From Candidatus Gastranaerophilales bacterium (lineage in GTDB: Bacteria > Cyanobacteriota > Vampirovibrionia > Gastranaerophilales > Gastranaerophilaceae): a DNA stretch of 64,000 bases. Under the pieces are notes generated by a model. It had not been told where the DNA came from. It saw only the letters and a list, made by a program, of their open reading frames with translations, and searched no databases. Position numbers and translations under genes: made by a program. Shown here piece by piece: positions 31,233 to 41,200 of this stretch. Numbering within the stretch: position 1 is the first letter of the stretch; every line of letters starts with the position of its first letter. The stretch is from assembly GCA_944323705.1 (NCBI GenBank), contig CALUTM010000002.1, positions 542 through 64,541 of the forward strand, written 5' to 3'.

Positions 31233-31862
31233 ATGATACCCAACAATATTAATTTCCGCGGAATACCCATAGCAAAAACAAAAATTGCGGAAAACAATTT
31301 AACACTGTACAAATTAACCTCCCGGGATAAAGAATTTACGGACAGACTTTACCACAGTCTCAACCTGCCCGAATTATATCCGGGATTTAATAAACTGCAA
31401 TACGGGATTTGGGATGAAGTCACACATTTGGGACTTTCTCAGACTTATGAAAAAAATCAAAATACTATGCTGATTACGGCAGATAATCGTCCCTGCGGAG
31501 TATTAAACTATTCGGCACACTCCCCAAAATTCAACCTTAATTACGTAAGCACATGGCCGATTAAAATCGGGCAAAAAGTTCCGCTTGCCGGAAAAACATT
31601 ATTTATGGAATTTTTCAGACAATTTCTTAACAGCGACTGCCGTACAATTGAACTTTGTGCACTCAAATACGCACCGTTCAGTGCAATAAGCAAATATTTA
31701 TCTTTAGGCTTCAAACCACGAGGAGGCGATAATTTTCGAGAGCTCATGCGTACCGATAGAGAAAGTGCCGCAAAAACACTGCAAAAACTTGAACAATCAA
31801 TAAACCTGTCTTCCGTCAAGGACAGTAACGATTATGACCTAATCCAAAGACTGGAGATATAA
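31233..31862 (+). CDS. GNAT-like acetyltransferase with N-terminal INFRG leader
   Basis: LNYVSTWP...PLAGKTLF (motif A-like) and AISKYLSLGF (motif B-like). Confidence 0.55.
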   Translation: MIPNNINFRGIPIAKTKIAENNLTLYKLTSRDKEFTDRLYHSLNLPELYPGFNKLQYGIWDEVTHLGLSQTYEKNQNTMLITADNRPCGVLNYSAHSPKFNLNYVSTWPIKIGQKVPLAGKTLFMEFFRQFLNSDCRTIELCALKYAPFSAISKYLSLGFKPRGGDNFRELMRTDRESAAKTLQKLEQSINLSSVKDSNDYDLIQRLEI

Positions 31863-31866
31863 AATA

Positions 31867-33420
31867 TTATTTTTTCTTATCCGCCAATTCGCTATCCATC
31901 CGTAAAAATACGGGCTTGATATTCTCTTTATCTATCAAATGTCCGCTGATAAGAGTCTCACAGGTTATATCATCAAGTTTGGTTTTGATATCATAACCCA
32001 ACTGCTCTGCCATAGCACTGGCTATATTAGGACAATAAGGATAAATAAGAGAGGCGACCACGGTCATTACCTGCAAAACATTTGTCAATACTTCTCCGCA
32101 CCTTTCGGTTTTCCCTTCCTTTGCAAGAGTCCACGGTGCGTTATCCGTCACATATTTATTGACAAAATCAACCAGTTCCATAATCTTCTGTGACGCTTCC
32201 TGAACTTCAAAATAATCAAAATGATGTTTAACAGCCTTAACCGTCTCAAGTGCCTTTTCTTTTAACTCATTTTTACCTAAAAATTCTTGTTTTATATCCC
32301 CGTCAAAATACTTAACAAGCATTGACAAAGTTCTGTTCAAAAGGTTGCCCATTGAGTTTGCCAAATGAGCATTAACCTTTTCCTTAAAATCTTCGTCCGA
32401 ATAATTGCCGTCCTTTCCGCAGGGTGCGGCAGATGCCATATAATACCTGAACGGGTCGGGAATATCGAGATTAAATGCCTCCAACACGGCCGTAGGTGAT
32501 ATTACGTTCCCCAGAGATTTTGACATTTTAGCCTCATCTATTGTTATCCAACCGTGTGCCAAAATATGCTTAGGCAGCGGCAAATCCAATGCCATAAGAA
32601 TAGCGGGCCAATATATACTGTGAAACTTGAGAATGTCTTTCCCTATAACCTGAACATCCGCAGGCCAAAGTTTCTCAAACTTCCCGTCGCTTCCCTCCGG
32701 GTCATATCCGATTGCGGTAATATAATTGGAAAGAGCATCAATCCAAACGTAAATTACCTGAGAATCATCGCCCAAAACGGGTATACCCCAACTTACGTTT
32801 GAATTTACGCGGGATACGGAAATATCCTCTATATTCTCAAGCTGATTCAACACCTCATTAGCCCTAAAAGCGGGAACAATGAAATCAGGGTGTGTTTTTA
32901 TATGTTTAATAATTGCATCCTTATATTTGGTAAGTTTAAAGAAATAATTTTCCTCTTCAACAACTTCGGGTTTTTTCAAGTGGTCAGGGCATAACCCGTC
33001 CTCCGTTAAATCCTTTTCATTCAAAAAAGCTTCGCAGCCCGAGCAATAAAGTCCCTTATACGAATGCTTATAAATATCTCCCTTATCCACAAGTTTTTTG
33101 AAAATCTTTTGTACTACTTTTTCATGCTGCTCGTCGGTTGTTCTGATAAATTGCGAATACCCGATATCAAGTGTTTTCCAGGCATCTTTAAACTTTTGAG
33201 CATTAATGTCGCAAAAATCTTTCGGAGAAATTCCCTTTTCCACAGAGGTTTTCTGTATTTTAATCCCGTGTTCATCCGTTCCGGTCAAAAAATATGTATC
33301 CTCACACCTTTGCGTAAAATGTCTGTATATAACATCCGTCAATATTTTTTCGTACGCATGCCCGATATGCGGAGCACCGTTAACATAATCTATTGCCGTT
33401 GTGGTATAAAATTTAGCCAT
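31867..33420 (-). CDS. metG: Methionine--tRNA ligase (short form, no C-terminal tRNA-binding domain)
   Basis: HIGH, GTDEHG, YVWIDAL, GKDILKFH, KMSKS. Confidence 0.97.
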   Translation of the reverse strand: MAKFYTTTAIDYVNGAPHIGHAYEKILTDVIYRHFTQRCEDTYFLTGTDEHGIKIQKTSVEKGISPKDFCDINAQKFKDAWKTLDIGYSQFIRTTDEQHEKVVQKIFKKLVDKGDIYKHSYKGLYCSGCEAFLNEKDLTEDGLCPDHLKKPEVVEEENYFFKLTKYKDAIIKHIKTHPDFIVPAFRANEVLNQLENIEDISVSRVNSNVSWGIPVLGDDSQVIYVWIDALSNYITAIGYDPEGSDGKFEKLWPADVQVIGKDILKFHSIYWPAILMALDLPLPKHILAHGWITIDEAKMSKSLGNVISPTAVLEAFNLDIPDPFRYYMASAAPCGKDGNYSDEDFKEKVNAHLANSMGNLLNRTLSMLVKYFDGDIKQEFLGKNELKEKALETVKAVKHHFDYFEVQEASQKIMELVDFVNKYVTDNAPWTLAKEGKTERCGEVLTNVLQVMTVVASLIYPYCPNIASAMAEQLGYDIKTKLDDITCETLISGHLIDKENIKPVFLRMDSELADKKK

Positions 33421-33521
33421 AATCTCAAATCCTCTCATAATTCAACATTATCCCGATTATAGCACAAAAGTTACAATTATTGCCTCAAAAAGAGTTTAAA
33501 TATCATAACCGATTACGGCAA

Positions 33522-33839
33522 CTACTCCAAACAACCCGCAATAATTTTGTATATAATTCTCAACTCTTCATCCGTTGCCCTATCCATTAAGCCGATTATT
33601 TTATCGTACAAACTTGCCCTGTCCCGCAGGTGTTCCGTCTTAAAGAGTTTCGTATAATCAACCCCGAGTGCGTAAGCGAACTTTTCTATCAAATCAGCTT
33701 TGGGAAAACTTTTGCCCGTTTCAATATGACTCATGTGCTTAGGATCAATTCCGACCATTTCCGCAAGTTGATATTGCGTGATTCCTTTTTTATTCCTTAA
33801 TTCTTTTAGCCTTAATCCGAAATCTTTTTTTAAGTCCAT
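33522..33839 (-). CDS. XRE-family HTH regulator
   Basis: RLKELRNKKGITQYQLAEMVGIDPKHMSHIETG. Confidence 0.88.
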   Translation of the reverse strand: MDLKKDFGLRLKELRNKKGITQYQLAEMVGIDPKHMSHIETGKSFPKADLIEKFAYALGVDYTKLFKTEHLRDRASLYDKIIGLMDRATDEELRIIYKIIAGCLE

Positions 33840-33989
33840 AAGTCCTCCCCCATGAGAATAATCGGAGTAATAAAACTTATAAACCGTATTTAAAACATTT
33901 TTTATTCAAAATATCTATATTAAATATTGTATTTCTGTATTTGATATGGTAAAATCTTTGCTAAATATGTTTGCAATAAGGAATTAGTC

Positions 33990-35237
33990 GTGGAAGTAAA
34001 ACTAAGTATCGTTATTCCCGTATACAATGTAGAAAAATATCTGAGAGAGTGTTTGGACAGTATCTTAAATCAGACTTTCCAGGATTTTGAGATAATTTGT
34101 GTGGATGACGGCTCGACTGACAAGTCGCTAGAGATTTTGCAGGAGTATAAAAGAAAAGACGACAGGTTTGTAATTTTGCAGCAAAGACATTCGGGTGCGG
34201 GAAGTGCAAGAAATAACGGAATAAGGCTTGCCGAGGGGAAATATATTCAGTTTCTTGACTCCGATGATTATTTTGAACCAACCTTGCTTGAAGAGATGTA
34301 CAATCACGCAGAGAAGTTTGGTGCGGATTTGACGGTCTGTTCATCAAGAAAAGTAGATGATGAGGGAAATATAACAGAGACAGGAAGTCCGAATTTCCCT
34401 ATAAATATAGACAAAGTCCCGATGGAAAAGGTTTTTAATCGAGAAGATTTTAAGGACGATATATTTTCCTTATTTACCCCCGTTGTTTGGAATAAATTAA
34501 TCAAAAAATCGTTCTTGAAAGAAAATAACCTTGAATTTCCGCCGCTTACGATTTATGAAGACATTGCTTTTATGCACAGCCTTGTTATTTCAGCCGAAAG
34601 AATTGCGGCATTTAATAAAGAACTTATCAATTACCGTTTTAACAGACCTGGAAGCCTTGTAAGTACCCGCTCAAGCCATACAATTGATGCCGTTAAATCC
34701 TGTATGTATTTAGGCGAATTTCTTAAATCAAGAGGATTTTTACCTGAGTATGAAAACGCATACCGAAAAGTTTTCATCAACCACATAAGGGCAGAAATAA
34801 GTTATTGTAACGAGGATGAGTACAAAAACTTTCTTCAAGAGTTTAAAACGCTTCTGCCTAATGATTGGCAAAAATATCAATCTGCTTTAAGAAAAGACTA
34901 TATCACGCCCGAATATCTCAAGAAATTTATCGGGAACAAAAAAGTAATGCTCTGGGGCGGAAGTCTTTTTATTAGGCAGGTGCTCGAAAAAGAAACGGAG
35001 AAGAACCCGAATATTTTAGGAATAATTGACAGAAACGAAGCCTCAGCAGGCAAACAGTTCTGTAATTATACCATTTACCCGCCTGATGCGATAAACGAAT
35101 TAAAACCTGACGGAGTGATTTTGACGGTTCTATCCAATAACGAATCCATTTATGAGTCATTAAAAGAGGAGTTCAGAGAAAAATATCCGACTGTGGAGCT
35201 TTTGCCGAACATCTTTGAAGAGGAGTTAAAGTATTAA
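33990..35237 (+). CDS. GT2 glycosyltransferase with C-terminal Rossmann-like module
   Basis: SIVIPVYN, VDDGSTD, ARNNG, FLDSDD; C-terminal KKVMLWGGSLF...ILGIID...YPP...LKPD. Confidence 0.92.
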   Translation: MEVKLSIVIPVYNVEKYLRECLDSILNQTFQDFEIICVDDGSTDKSLEILQEYKRKDDRFVILQQRHSGAGSARNNGIRLAEGKYIQFLDSDDYFEPTLLEEMYNHAEKFGADLTVCSSRKVDDEGNITETGSPNFPINIDKVPMEKVFNREDFKDDIFSLFTPVVWNKLIKKSFLKENNLEFPPLTIYEDIAFMHSLVISAERIAAFNKELINYRFNRPGSLVSTRSSHTIDAVKSCMYLGEFLKSRGFLPEYENAYRKVFINHIRAEISYCNEDEYKNFLQEFKTLLPNDWQKYQSALRKDYITPEYLKKFIGNKKVMLWGGSLFIRQVLEKETEKNPNILGIIDRNEASAGKQFCNYTIYPPDAINELKPDGVILTVLSNNESIYESLKEEFREKYPTVELLPNIFEEELKY

Positions 35238-36475
35238 TGCCTAAAATTTCAGTTATTGTTCCCGTATATAATGTGGAAAAATATTTACAAGAATGCTTGG
35301 GCAGTATTCTTAACCAAACATTTCATGATTTCGAGGTAATTTGCGTTGATGACGGCTCAACCGACGAGTCCTTGGCAATTTTACAAGAGTATAATAAAAA
35401 AGACGACAGGTTTGTTATTATACGGCAAAGACATTCAGGGGCGGGGGCTGCAAGAAATAACAGAATAAAACTTGCCAAAGGGAAATACATTCAGTTCCTT
35501 GATGCGGATGATTATTTTGAACCGACTTTGCTTGAGGAAATGTACAACCATGCGGAGAAATACGGTGCGGATATGACTGCCTGCTCCATTAACAGAATTG
35601 GCAAAGAAGGGAATATTATCAGTTATAAAAACCCCAACTCTCCTATTAATTTCGATAAAACTCCCTTGGAAACACCGTTTTGTTGGGAAGATTATAAAAA
35701 AGACATCTTTTCTATGTTTAATGTAGCCATCTGGAACAAACTCTATCTGAAAGAGATGCTTGTCAATAACAATCTCACATTTCCCGATTTAACAAGCTGT
35801 GAAGATGTTGCATTCGGGTATATTTCAAGAATTTGTGCAAAAAAAATATGCGTGTTTGATAAAAAACTTGTTAATTACCGTCAAGATAGAGAGGGCTGCC
35901 TCACAAAAAAACAAGAAAACCACGCCCTAAATGTCATCAAAGCCGCTAAAATCGTTGAAGATTTTTTGAAAAAACAGGGCATATATGAGGAACTCAAAGA
36001 AAGTTACACAGAAGCCATAAAAAGGCATTTAGGTTGGACAATAGGAAGCTGCAATGATGAACAGTATCAGATATTTGAACAAACATTAAAAAGCCTGATG
36101 CCTACAGAATGGAATTTATTTTGGTCCGTTTTGAGAAAAAATAATGCAATGCTTGAATATATAAAGAAATCTACCCGAAATAAAAAAATTATGTTATGGG
36201 GTGCGAGTCTCTTTATTAAAGAAGTTTTAGAAAAAGAAACCGAAAGAAATCCGAATATTCTGGGAATAATTGACCGTAATACGGAGTGTACGGGGAAAAC
36301 CTTAGGTAACTATAATATTTATCCCCCCGATATGATTCATAAATTGAAACCAGACGGAATAATTTTAACAGTTTTACATAACAATAAATCAATATATGAA
36401 TCTTTAAAACAAGAGTTTAAGGAAAAATACCACGGAACAGAATTATTACCAAATATCTTTGAGGAACAGCAATGA
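35237..36475 (+). CDS. GT2 glycosyltransferase, tandem paralog of 33990
   Basis: SVIVPVYN, VDDGSTD, FLDADD; near-identical N-terminal third and C-terminal module. Confidence 0.92.
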   Translation: MPKISVIVPVYNVEKYLQECLGSILNQTFHDFEVICVDDGSTDESLAILQEYNKKDDRFVIIRQRHSGAGAARNNRIKLAKGKYIQFLDADDYFEPTLLEEMYNHAEKYGADMTACSINRIGKEGNIISYKNPNSPINFDKTPLETPFCWEDYKKDIFSMFNVAIWNKLYLKEMLVNNNLTFPDLTSCEDVAFGYISRICAKKICVFDKKLVNYRQDREGCLTKKQENHALNVIKAAKIVEDFLKKQGIYEELKESYTEAIKRHLGWTIGSCNDEQYQIFEQTLKSLMPTEWNLFWSVLRKNNAMLEYIKKSTRNKKIMLWGASLFIKEVLEKETERNPNILGIIDRNTECTGKTLGNYNIYPPDMIHKLKPDGIILTVLHNNKSIYESLKQEFKEKYHGTELLPNIFEEQQ

Positions 36476-37713
36476 ATAAAATTCCGATAGTTTTGGCGTC
36501 AGACAGAAACTGTGCTATGCAAATGTATATAACAATCTTGTCTGCAATCGCAAATAAAAAGAAAGATAGTTTTTATGACTTTTACTGCCTCATTCCGTCC
36601 AAATTTTCCAAATTTGTAAACCAAAAATTTAAAAGGCTGATAAGCAGGCATCAGAATGTAAATTTAACTTTTATAAGTATGAAAAATATATTTTCTCACC
36701 TGCCAATGCAAATCGAACATATTACCTCCCCGACTTTTTATAGGTTAAAAATCGCGGAATTATTACCCCAATACGACAAAGCACTTTATCTTGATATTGA
36801 CACAATTGTATTAGAAGATTTGACTCAATTATTCAATACCGATTTAGGAAACAATTATATAGGAGGTGTCCCTGCAGCAAGCTACATAATAGGATATGAC
36901 CGTTTAAAAGATTATTTTGACGATATCGGTCTGAAGGATATGGCATATTATATTAATGCAGGTGTCATACTCTGGAATCTTAAACAAATAAGACAAGAAA
37001 ATGTAACAGAAAAACTTTTGGCATTAACAAAAAATACTTATAAATTTATGGATCAAGATATTATAAACCTTGTTTGTTACGGCAAAATAAAACATTTGGA
37101 TTTTAAATATAACCTCATGACACCCTATAAACACCGCTTTTTAGACAAACCTGAATTATGCAATAAAATATATGAGATATATGGTGAAACAAATTTAAAA
37201 AACGCAATAAAAAATCCTGTTATTATTCATTATGCCTCAAGCCTTAAGCCCTGGAACGATAAAAAAGTATGGCTCGGAAATTATTGGCAGCATTATGCAA
37301 AAAAGGCTCCTGCCAAAATCAGGATTAAAGAAAGTTCAAGTACAAGATTTTTAAACCAAATCTCTGAAAACAAATTCAAAAAACTTGTCTTTTGGGGGGC
37401 AAGTCTGTTCCTGAAAGATTTAATAGAAACAAAAAGAATAAAACGCCATAAAATCTTGGGTATAGTAGATGCTGACCCGTCTAAACACGGTAAAAAAATC
37501 GGTGACTTTCAAATATATTCTCCACAAGACTTGAATGTGTTAAAACCCGATGCAGTTATTTTCGCAATTAAAAATCGTAATGAGGATATTTATCCACAGA
37601 TACAAAATATTCTGAAAAAAGAATACCCGAATATAAAACTTTTACCAAATGCGTTTAACTTCAAGACAAAACGAAAATACAACAAAACAGACGCAAGAAA
37701 GGATGAAGCATGA
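36472..37713 (+). CDS. GT8 glycosyltransferase with C-terminal Rossmann-like module
   Basis: ALYLDID, INAGV, DQDIIN, IIHYA...KPW. Confidence 0.9.
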   Translation: MNKIPIVLASDRNCAMQMYITILSAIANKKKDSFYDFYCLIPSKFSKFVNQKFKRLISRHQNVNLTFISMKNIFSHLPMQIEHITSPTFYRLKIAELLPQYDKALYLDIDTIVLEDLTQLFNTDLGNNYIGGVPAASYIIGYDRLKDYFDDIGLKDMAYYINAGVILWNLKQIRQENVTEKLLALTKNTYKFMDQDIINLVCYGKIKHLDFKYNLMTPYKHRFLDKPELCNKIYEIYGETNLKNAIKNPVIIHYASSLKPWNDKKVWLGNYWQHYAKKAPAKIRIKESSSTRFLNQISENKFKKLVFWGASLFLKDLIETKRIKRHKILGIVDADPSKHGKKIGDFQIYSPQDLNVLKPDAVIFAIKNRNEDIYPQIQNILKKEYPNIKLLPNAFNFKTKRKYNKTDARKDEA

Positions 37714-39089
37714 AATTTGCAAGAATGAGACAAATGTACAAATACAATCCCGCAAGCTGGAATCTGGAAGGAAATATCGGCGATTGCATACAAAATATTG
37801 CAATAGAAAATTTATATAAAAAATTGGGTATAACCGATTTAATCCAAATCAATCGCGACGATTTAATCAACTATCACGGAGAAAAAGCAATTCTTCCCAT
37901 GCAAGGATGGTTCGGTAACCTTCACGATTCATTTTTAGCATCCTGGTCAAAAGATATTATCCCAATATTTATAGGATTTCATCTAAATGATGCCATGAAC
38001 TGCAGAGATGTTTTTGTTGAAAAAGATTTACACAACAAAATTAAAAACTATGAACCAATCGGATGCAGAGACAGAAGCACAAGAGACTTTCTTAGCCGAC
38101 TCGGCATTGAAACATATTTCTCCGCTTGTGCTACGCTTACCCTTCCCAAAAGGACAAAAGAACCGAAAGACGGAAAGATATTTCTGGTTGATTTATCTCC
38201 AAAAGCAATGGATATAATTCCTAAAAAAATCAGACAACAGGCAGATGAATCCATTACACACATATATCAATTCACAAAATATCCGCTAAGCGAAGAAGAA
38301 GTTGCAGACTACGAAAACTACACAAAAAAAATCCTCGAAAGATATTATAATGAAGCAAAATTGGTAATAACTTCCCGCATACACTCGGCTATGCCCTGTA
38401 TCGCAATGGGAATTCCCGTTATTTTTATCCACTCAAAACTGAAAGATTCCCGCTTGGATGTGCTGGACGGAATTATTCCAAAATATTCCCCCAACGACAA
38501 GTATGCAATTAATTGGAATCCCAAAGCCCCGAATATTGAAAAAATGAAAGAACAAATTATTAATAATGTACTGTACCAAATATGCAAATGTGCTAAAAAC
38601 AACGGTGTTGAAATAAAAACCGATACGGAATATAAAAATAACCTGCACGAAATGCAAAAACTTGATGCTGAACTCGAGAAAAAGGAATTTATTAACAAAT
38701 TAAAATTATTTCCGTCAAGATTTATATTTGGCACAATCGGAGCAATAAGAGATTTTGTATCTTATCAGAGTGCACAATTTAAACTGTTAAAAAACATATA
38801 CCGTCATAAAACTGTTATTTTATGGGGAGCAAGTTTATACTTAGAAAAATTTCTTAAAAGATATAAAATAAAAAATAAAAACATCGTCGGAATTGTTGAT
38901 AAAAACTATGAAAAACATTTCCAAAAACTTGGCGAATATACAATCTATCCTCCCGAAAAGATTGCAGAATTGAATGCGGATACGATAATATGCACCATTA
39001 AAAATCATCACGAAAAAGTGTATCCGCAAGTAAAAAAATATATTGAAGAGAATTTCCCGGACAAAACAATACTACCCGATATATTTTGA
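37710..39089 (+). CDS. Polysaccharide pyruvyl transferase family protein with C-terminal Rossmann-like module
   Basis: NIGD, IGCRD, VITSRIHSAMPCIAMGIPV. Confidence 0.85.
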   Translation: MKFARMRQMYKYNPASWNLEGNIGDCIQNIAIENLYKKLGITDLIQINRDDLINYHGEKAILPMQGWFGNLHDSFLASWSKDIIPIFIGFHLNDAMNCRDVFVEKDLHNKIKNYEPIGCRDRSTRDFLSRLGIETYFSACATLTLPKRTKEPKDGKIFLVDLSPKAMDIIPKKIRQQADESITHIYQFTKYPLSEEEVADYENYTKKILERYYNEAKLVITSRIHSAMPCIAMGIPVIFIHSKLKDSRLDVLDGIIPKYSPNDKYAINWNPKAPNIEKMKEQIINNVLYQICKCAKNNGVEIKTDTEYKNNLHEMQKLDAELEKKEFINKLKLFPSRFIFGTIGAIRDFVSYQSAQFKLLKNIYRHKTVILWGASLYLEKFLKRYKIKNKNIVGIVDKNYEKHFQKLGEYTIYPPEKIAELNADTIICTIKNHHEKVYPQVKKYIEENFPDKTILPDIF

Positions 39090-39100
39090 GGTGAAATAAT

Positions 39101-40231
39101 ATGATAAAAGAAAAAATGCTACAAGATTTTTTGGACAAAATCCCCAATGAAGGCGAAATATTTATCTTTGGAGCCTGCAAAATTGGAGAAAAAATTTTAA
39201 AGGATTTAGAAATATATAAGCCAAATGTGAAAATAGTCGGTTTTATTGATAATAAAGTCACGGGAAGTTTTGACGGACTTCCTGTACAAAGTCTCAAGAA
39301 TTTTGTAAAAAATGAAAATAAACCGGTAATAATGTCAACAAAAAATGATGAAAGATTAATACTCAATATATTTGATTTGTATAATATTCCGGCAGTTCAA
39401 CTGACAGAAGCTGCAAACCATTACTATCGTTATCTTGCAAATATTTTAAACGACGAAAATTATAAAAAGATAATTAATATTTTTGATAAACGAGAGGACC
39501 GACATCTGTTTGACCTGATTTTTAAAACCCGTATTAAACTTTCGGATTCAAAAGAAATTGAAAATTTCTATTATACCCATTGTGCCACAAAGTATAAAGT
39601 AAATCGTGTTTATAAAAAGCAGTATCTTGATAAAATCAATCAAAATACAATAAAAACACTTTTTGATGCAGGATTCTATGACGGCACTAATGTTATTGCA
39701 TATAATCGCCTGCTTCCGCATTTGGAAAAAATCTGCGGATTTGAAGCCATATACGATATTACAAGAAATCCCTTAATAGAAGAATTCATTTTAGATAAAA
39801 AACTTGAAATTATTCCGTATGTTTTGGGAAACAAAAATGAAGAAATCAAGTTTTGCTTGGAAAAAGATAATTTAGGTGCATCTTTTTGTGAAGGTACCTC
39901 GACAAAGAAAATATCTTCTTCAATAGAAACAGAGAATCGCATAGTTAATATGATTACCTTGGACAAATTTTGTTTTGAAAGAAATATTTTCCCCGATTTC
40001 ATCAAAATGGATATAGAGGGTGCAGAACTCTCAGCCCTCAATGGCGGAATTAAAACCATAAAAAAATGCCGCCCTCAACTTGCGATTTCCATTTATCACT
40101 CAAGCGAAGATTTTGTTAATATTCCGCTTTATCTAAAAGAAAATCTTGAAAATTACAAATTCCGACTCGGACATTATTCTCCGGACCTATCCGAAACAGT
40201 GCTTTATGCAATACCTGATGAGTTAGCGTAA
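39101..40231 (+). CDS. FkbM family methyltransferase with N-terminal Rossmann-like module
   Basis: FDAGFYDG, ITLDKF, DFIKMDIEGAEL, LAISIYH; paralog of 17768-18883. Confidence 0.88.
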   Translation: MIKEKMLQDFLDKIPNEGEIFIFGACKIGEKILKDLEIYKPNVKIVGFIDNKVTGSFDGLPVQSLKNFVKNENKPVIMSTKNDERLILNIFDLYNIPAVQLTEAANHYYRYLANILNDENYKKIINIFDKREDRHLFDLIFKTRIKLSDSKEIENFYYTHCATKYKVNRVYKKQYLDKINQNTIKTLFDAGFYDGTNVIAYNRLLPHLEKICGFEAIYDITRNPLIEEFILDKKLEIIPYVLGNKNEEIKFCLEKDNLGASFCEGTSTKKISSSIETENRIVNMITLDKFCFERNIFPDFIKMDIEGAELSALNGGIKTIKKCRPQLAISIYHSSEDFVNIPLYLKENLENYKFRLGHYSPDLSETVLYAIPDELA

Positions 40232-40244
40232 AAAGGAGAGAATT

Positions 40245-40780
40245 ATGATAGATTGTAAACGTGACATTTATGACCCAGAAGATAAAAAAGAAAACAAAAT
40301 CTACAGATATGCTTTAGGTAAAAAGGGGGATAATATGATTATTTGTATCGCCCTTAATCCGAGTTCTGCAACAAATATAGAAACAGATCCAACTTTGAGA
40401 GCCGTTTGCAACATTGCAAAAAACAATGAGTATAAAGGTTTTGTTCTTCTGAATATATGTCCAAAAAGAGGAGTTAATCCTGATTTGGTAAAATGTGATA
40501 AAGAGTTTATCAATAAGAATATTTTAATTATAGAAAAATATTTGAAAGAATATGAAAAAGCAGATATTTGGTGTGCCTGGGGAAACAAGGTCGACCAAGA
40601 ACCTTTCAGAGCTTGTTTTAAATCGATTGCAAAATTAATAGGAAACAGAATCTGGTATTGTACTTCATTAACTAAGAAAACCACCCGCATCATCCGCTAT
40701 TTATTCCTTATAAAAGTACTTTAAAAAAGCTTAGTAACATAGAAAAAGAAAATTATATAAAACATTACGAGAAAGACTAA
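40245..40780 (+). pseudogene. DUF1643 family protein, frameshifted near the C-terminus
   Basis: ALNPS, D.T, WCAWG motifs. The conserved HPxHPL(F/Y) motif lies in another frame from 40682 and runs to TAA 40778-40780; one extra A in the run at 40677-40680 restores it. Confidence 0.7.
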
Positions 40781-40943
40781 GGGATTGTCTTGACCTGTTC
40801 GCATTAAATGTGTCTGGGGATTTTGCATCAGAACTTACGTTCTTTTTGCAAAACTCCTTCACACTCTATTCACAGACCGTTCAAACTTTTAAAATGTACT
40901 TTTGCACATTGGGAGTTCTCATAAATATTTACTCTCATAAAAT

Positions 40944-40977
40944 AAAAAACCGAATAACAAATGTCATTCGGTTTTTT
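40944..40977. terminator. Bidirectional terminator at the tRNA-Ala 3' end
   Basis: AAAAAACCGAAT-N10-ATTCGGTTTTTT. Confidence 0.8.
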
Positions 40978-40978
40978 A

Positions 40979-41051
40979 TGGAGGCTAGGGGATTCGAACT
41001 CCTGACCCTCTGCGTGCAAAGCAGATGCTCTACCAACTGAGCTAAGCCCCC
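40979..41051 (-). tRNA. tRNA-Ala(TGC)
   Basis: GGGGGCT/AGCCTCC+A acceptor with G3:U70, TCTGC-TTTGCAC-GCAGA anticodon arm, TTCGAAT T loop. Confidence 0.96.
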
Positions 41052-41200
41052 GCATTATTCAATTTTCATTTACACGTAACTCGATTATCTGCAAATGTCG
41101 CTTAATTCATTTACCCTTCGGCTACATTTTCTATTGTACATGATGATTTTTTTTTGTAAAGGGGGGGGGAGGGGTAAATATAAAGGGTAAAAAAGTATAC

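Noticed and set aside
40821-40853. TTTTGCA..AGAAC/GTTCT..TGCAAAA hairpin after DUF1643
   Set aside because: Compatible with an ordinary terminator-like fold; no evidence for an sRNA or a type I toxin ORF.
28201-41051. Prophage or integrative element bounded by the tRNAs
   Set aside because: No integrase, no phage genes and no duplicated tRNA 3' end seen; metG lies in between.
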